Origin: a virus
Lineage: Duplodnaviria; Caudoviricetes
IMG/VR virus record: IMGVR_UViG_3300021426_000066
Length of the DNA: 64,000 bases
Strand: one strand, 5' to 3'
Position numbers and translations under genes: made by a program. Under the pieces are notes generated by a model. The model did not search any database. It was given only the letters and a program-made list of their open reading frames with translations, and was not told where the DNA came from. Of the stretch, positions 59,729 to 64,000 are shown in pieces; the stretch's first letter is position 1, and the number at the start of each line of letters is the position of its first letter.

Positions 59729-62700
59729 TTATTCTCCTTTTAATTCCTTGATTGTATTTTTAAGAGCAACAACTTGCTCTTCTAACTGCTCAATACGTTT
59801 CCGATTTTTTTGAATCATAAAAGTGTTGAACGGAATAAACTCGTTATAATTGATACGATACAGTTTTCCATTCGTCACATATTTCTGTGCTTCTTCAGAA
59901 GGCTTTGCAATAGATGTTAAATACACAGAACTATCTATTCCATATTTATCCATTTGTTTAATTACATCTTGAGCCATAAATCCTAAATGTTTATTGGGAT
60001 CATCACCAACTAAATAATTAAACGAAAAAGGTTGTATAGACATAAACAAATCTTCATATGATGTGGATAAAATTGACACATTCGTTTTAATTCTTTGGTC
60101 TGAACTACCAGAAGCAGCAAAATAATAGTCCGTATTCTTCCATTGGATGTGTCGGCTTGAGTTACTGGACCAAAATGCCATTTCTTCATTACTACTACCT
60201 ACAGCTACTGCTAAATTATAGTAACGAAGCATATTATGCCCAAGTTCAGTCTGAATACCACGCTCATCCGTAAATTTTAAATAATTGCTAGAAATAGCAT
60301 TATTAAAATTGATAGAATCCGTATAAAAAATAATTTTACGATTTATATACCAAGTGTTGTCCGTAGCGCCATTATTCGCTTCATAAGTATCTGAATTATT
60401 AAAATATATAAAATTCTTTTCACCTTGACCATCTAAGATATTACTAACTTTCCTACCCTGAGATGCATAATATCCGTCAAGGATGCCCACTTTAACTCCC
60501 AGATTGTCATGATATCTCCATGCGCCCGCAGAATCTGTACCAGAATTATTTATAACAGTTCCATCAATACATCCAGTAGAAGCAGTCGAGGTCATATAAA
60601 TATAATATTTATCTTTTGCTTTCATGGAAGTGGCATCAATAGTACCCTTTATATTTGCGCTAGTAGCAGTTAATGCCCCAGCAGCAGTAACTTTAAACGC
60701 ACCTTTCCCAAGAGCAATACCATCTGTTCCTATATAAAAGCCATTATTTGAAGTGTTTCCTAAAGAACTCATACCATAATAGATAGAAGCATGTGTTGCA
60801 TTCGTGCCAATAGTTATTTTATTGGTTGCGTTGGCTGCTCCAATCTGTCCAGACGTTGCTTTAATCGCCCCTGTTATATCCGCACCAGTAGCGGTTAAAG
60901 CACCAGCACTTGTTACTTTAAATGTATTGGATACAGACAAGCCGTTATCTCCAAAATACATAGCACCAGCAGTCCCCATCGTTTTGTTGGCTTTGTAAAT
61001 ACTCGTTGAATCAATTGTCCACGGACCGATTTTACCAGTACCATCATATTTAAAATAAATAATGCCCTGTTTACCTAAAGAAATATAATCTGTTCCAATA
61101 TACACTCCATCAACATTACTATTATAAGCAGAATGAGAACCAGAATACATTTTTCCAGTTGTAATGGTAAAGCCATTAGTGCCACCAATACGTCCAGTAT
61201 CCGCTTTAATTTCACCTTGTATATCAGCGCCTGTTGCGGTTAATTTTCCTGTCTTATCAACATAGAATTTATTAGTGACAGAGATCCCTTCGTCGCCAAG
61301 ATAAGCACTACCCGCAGTAGAAGACTTCCAACCACCTTCTTTATATAAAGCTTTCTTTGTAATCTTCCAAGGACCAATTGTACCTGCATCTGTAGCAGTT
61401 AAATTAGTAGCCGTGATACTTCCAGTAATATCCAGATTGCCATCATTATCAGCAGAGAATACTTCACTTCCAGCTTTGTTCTTTAAATGTAATCCATCCT
61501 CATCTACTTTAAAAGTGCCACCTTCATTATAAATAACAAGATTTTGACCTAGTACCAATCTACCAACTACAGTATCAGCAATAACCCCATATGCATCTTG
61601 AGTGACTCCATGTTCGTCAACATATGTAAACGCCCCCACACCAGTACGAATCTTATTCCAGTTATCATCTGTAATATATAATCCATTTTTAACAATCTTT
61701 AATTGTTGTGGTAAATATTCACCTGTGGAATCATCATATCCTCTGGCATAGAAGCCTGTAGAGTCATAAACGATTTCTTGAGCAATTGGATCATTGGCAA
61801 ATTTAGTCATAGTTGCCTTAAGTCCATCATTTACCCATTCATTAACTAACTTAGATGATTTATCATTTTCTTTTACTTTATTCTGGACAATACTATAAGA
61901 ACCAGCTATCGATCCAGCAGATTGCAAAACAGACTGAATATCTGACGCTCCAGACCATATTTTTTCTACCGTTGAGAAATCTATATTAATACTCTGTAAT
62001 TCATCAAAATTAATAGAATAGGAGAGTAGACGTAAATCATACAACTTATCATCTACAGACATCTTAATCCAGTTACCCACTTCAAAATCATCTTTAATAG
62101 GAGCAAACTCTGGTAATGCTAACAGATTATTCAAATTACCAGAAACATCAAATTGAAGATGAGATGCCTTATATAATTCTTTCTGTGCTGCATCAATTAA
62201 TTCACCTGCTCTACGCATAACAACACTATTATCTAATTCTGTCGAAATGTAATTATCGTTCTTATAAGAATCTTCTCTACGATAATTACAAAAGACTTTA
62301 TACAAGTCTTCGCCAAGATAATCAGCAAAATTTAAAGCATCCTTTGTCTGTTGTCTATAGGATTCTACTTTATTAAGCACAGATTGAATGATTGCTAAGT
62401 CTTCAGTTCTTTGAGGTATTTCACCTTTAATGCCTTGAGAAGCGTCCCCGTCCATGAATTTTAAATGCTCATTATAGAAATCCCAATATATCTGATTTAT
62501 TTTTGGCCCTTGCTGTTGAACAATATTTAAAACTTCAGAATAACAAGGTCTAACTATTTTGGTTAACTGACTCAAACTATATTCATGCAATTTCTTTTTA
62601 AAAGTATTGATTAGAGATGCAGGTGGTTTCTGATCATATTGCTTAATATAATCCAGTTCCTGGGTCAAAATAGCATTTAAATCTTCTAAAGAAGTATCTT

Positions 62701-64000
62701 TTCTTTTAACCATTGCTTCAATTTGCTGAGTGACATATTTTGCCATATTTCCATTTACGGTAATAGTTAAAGTACTTGTAGTTTTTGTATATTCAGATTC
62801 TTCCTTAGTCCCGACTTTATCTATTTGAGCAAGTTTCAGTTTACCCCTCCACGTACCATTACCAGTCTTTTTCGACGCTTGGGTATAAGATGAGTCTTGT
62901 CCAGAATTAACAACTTCAATAGTATAAAGTGAAGTGTTTATAATACATTTCACTCTTTGGATTAAAGCACTCTCAACACTACCCAATACCGCAGTACTAG
63001 GATCAAAAACAGCAATAGGAGAGAGATTCGCAACAGTTAACTTAGCAAAAGTTTGCTCCAGGGAATCTGCTGGACTAGATTTTAAATCTGGTACCATTGA
63101 GTCTCTATAGAATGCTTCTAAATCTAATAAGCTATAGAATTGAGATGCTAAAGACTGGTAGCCAATATACTGTGGCTTTAATTCAATAAAATCTTGTACT
63201 GTCTCTTTATTAAAAGTATCTTTACAAAACGCAATTAATTCATTGATTTGATTGACTTCGGTTGTAGTAAAATTATAGATTCCTTTACCGCTTGTACTAT
63301 CACCTTGATACCATAGATTATATTCGTTCTGATAATCTTGGATTTTTTGAACTAATTCAGGTGGCATCTCTGCCATATTTTCATCAGAGAATTGATAGAA
63401 ATAATCACTTCCATTTGGATTTTGATTTACTACGGCAGCATCAAAGAATTCGTCTCCACCTTTAACTTTAAAGCAATTAATCAGATTATCTTTATTTGAA
63501 GATACCTGGGCAGAATTTATTAAGTTATCCCTTGATACAAGTATTTTTGTAAACTTACCATAACCTTCTTTGATATTGGTTGAACCGCATTGAGGACATA
63601 TATGATGAAAATCTCCTCTATATCTGGTAGTAATATTCCTATCTTCTTGCATCTTTAATCTATAACTGCATTCATCATTCAAACAAACCGTATATAGATC
63701 ATAAAGAGAGATAATTCTGTTTTCAGAATCAAATTTAAACAGTACATGATAATTGTCTGCTAAGTCGCCTGTCATGATGTCGTAAACACTGGTATCATCC
63801 CATGTGAATTGATACCAGTCTTTTAATTCGACCAATGTTTGATCTACATGACCAATCGAGTAGTTGGGTAATTTATCTAACAGCCTATGCATAATAGATC
63901 TATGCTTTGTATTATAAAGATTCTTTTTAGCCGCCTCTAAAGCGTCTTTAGCATCTTTATACCCATCATCGTCTGGCGACATATTATCAAAAGCAGCCTG
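59729..64000 (-). CDS. Tal/central tail spike-like protein with S74 chaperone (5' end probably outside the window)
   Basis: Frame is open to the window edge; FEVGNWI..LRL Tal motif, G.I.AT.G.IG beta-helix repeats, SSDQRIK...LGFMAQDV. Confidence 0.75.
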   Translation of the reverse strand, partial: QAAFDNMSPDDDGYKDAKDALEAAKKNLYNTKHRSIMHRLLDKLPNYSIGHVDQTLVELKDWYQFTWDDTSVYDIMTGDLADNYHVLFKFDSENRIISLYDLYTVCLNDECSYRLKMQEDRNITTRYRGDFHHICPQCGSTNIKEGYGKFTKILVSRDNLINSAQVSSNKDNLINCFKVKGGDEFFDAAVVNQNPNGSDYFYQFSDENMAEMPPELVQKIQDYQNEYNLWYQGDSTSGKGIYNFTTTEVNQINELIAFCKDTFNKETVQDFIELKPQYIGYQSLASQFYSLLDLEAFYRDSMVPDLKSSPADSLEQTFAKLTVANLSPIAVFDPSTAVLGSVESALIQRVKCIINTSLYTIEVVNSGQDSSYTQASKKTGNGTWRGKLKLAQIDKVGTKEESEYTKTTSTLTITVNGNMAKYVTQQIEAMVKRKDTSLEDLNAILTQELDYIKQYDQKPPASLINTFKKKLHEYSLSQLTKIVRPCYSEVLNIVQQQGPKINQIYWDFYNEHLKFMDGDASQGIKGEIPQRTEDLAIIQSVLNKVESYRQQTKDALNFADYLGEDLYKVFCNYRREDSYKNDNYISTELDNSVVMRRAGELIDAAQKELYKASHLQFDVSGNLNNLLALPEFAPIKDDFEVGNWIKMSVDDKLYDLRLLSYSINFDELQSINIDFSTVEKIWSGASDIQSVLQSAGSIAGSYSIVQNKVKENDKSSKLVNEWVNDGLKATMTKFANDPIAQEIVYDSTGFYARGYDDSTGEYLPQQLKIVKNGLYITDDNWNKIRTGVGAFTYVDEHGVTQDAYGVIADTVVGRLVLGQNLVIYNEGGTFKVDEDGLHLKNKAGSEVFSADNDGNLDITGSITATNLTATDAGTIGPWKITKKALYKEGGWKSSTAGSAYLGDEGISVTNKFYVDKTGKLTATGADIQGEIKADTGRIGGTNGFTITTGKMYSGSHSAYNSNVDGVYIGTDYISLGKQGIIYFKYDGTGKIGPWTIDSTSIYKANKTMGTAGAMYFGDNGLSVSNTFKVTSAGALTATGADITGAIKATSGQIGAANATNKITIGTNATHASIYYGMSSLGNTSNNGFYIGTDGIALGKGAFKVTAAGALTATSANIKGTIDATSMKAKDKYYIYMTSTASTGCIDGTVINNSGTDSAGAWRYHDNLGVKVGILDGYYASQGRKVSNILDGQGEKNFIYFNNSDTYEANNGATDNTWYINRKIIFYTDSINFNNAISSNYLKFTDERGIQTELGHNMLRYYNLAVAVGSSNEEMAFWSSNSSRHIQWKNTDYYFAASGSSDQRIKTNVSILSTSYEDLFMSIQPFSFNYLVGDDPNKHLGFMAQDVIKQMDKYGIDSSVYLTSIAKPSEEAQKYVTNGKLYRINYNEFIPFNTFMIQKNRKRIEQLEEQVVALKNTIKELKGE

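Noticed and set aside
1-64000. Stop-codon recoding or suppressor tRNA
   Set aside because: Long genes are intact in the standard code, TAA, TAG and TGA all end genes, and no CTA/TCA anticodon is seen

Overview
This is a 64 kb slice of a large, AT-rich temperate Firmicutes phage, probably infecting a Clostridia/Lachnospiraceae-type anaerobe (inferred from gene content). It uses the standard genetic code. The + strand arm (1-30731) starts with a 1.2 kb tRNA/ncRNA cluster. An SPbeta-like replication block follows (SSB-like, Sak4-like ATPase, DnaB helicase, primase, Cas4-like nuclease, DnaE, RecD2, NAD ligase), then nucleotide metabolism genes (ThyX-like, Nmad1, NDT, NrdH/NrdD/NrdG, dUTPase) and a tyrosine integrase. 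Next comes an intact attP with a tRNA 3'-end core and six arm repeats, so the sequence is the excised/virion configuration. The - strand arm (31077-64000) holds the tail/baseplate genes, two giant adhesin/fibre genes and a lysis cassette with two holins and two lysins. The best candidates for undescribed biology are: (1) two tandem paralogues with an invariant N-terminal ETNSSSxHS motif, followed by a radical SAM gene coupled to dnaE, with a phage cysteine desulfurase just upstream; (2) tRNA bodies whose anticodon loops are replaced by 31-nt and ~119-nt inserts, interspersed with several self-contained structured RNAs. The ORF track also misses a 274-nt group I intron that joins two ORFs into a ~2339-aa CotH-kinase-like/LRR virion protein, and a 25-aa antisense type I toxin-like gene. 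All family assignments come from motif recognition by eye; no database searches were run.
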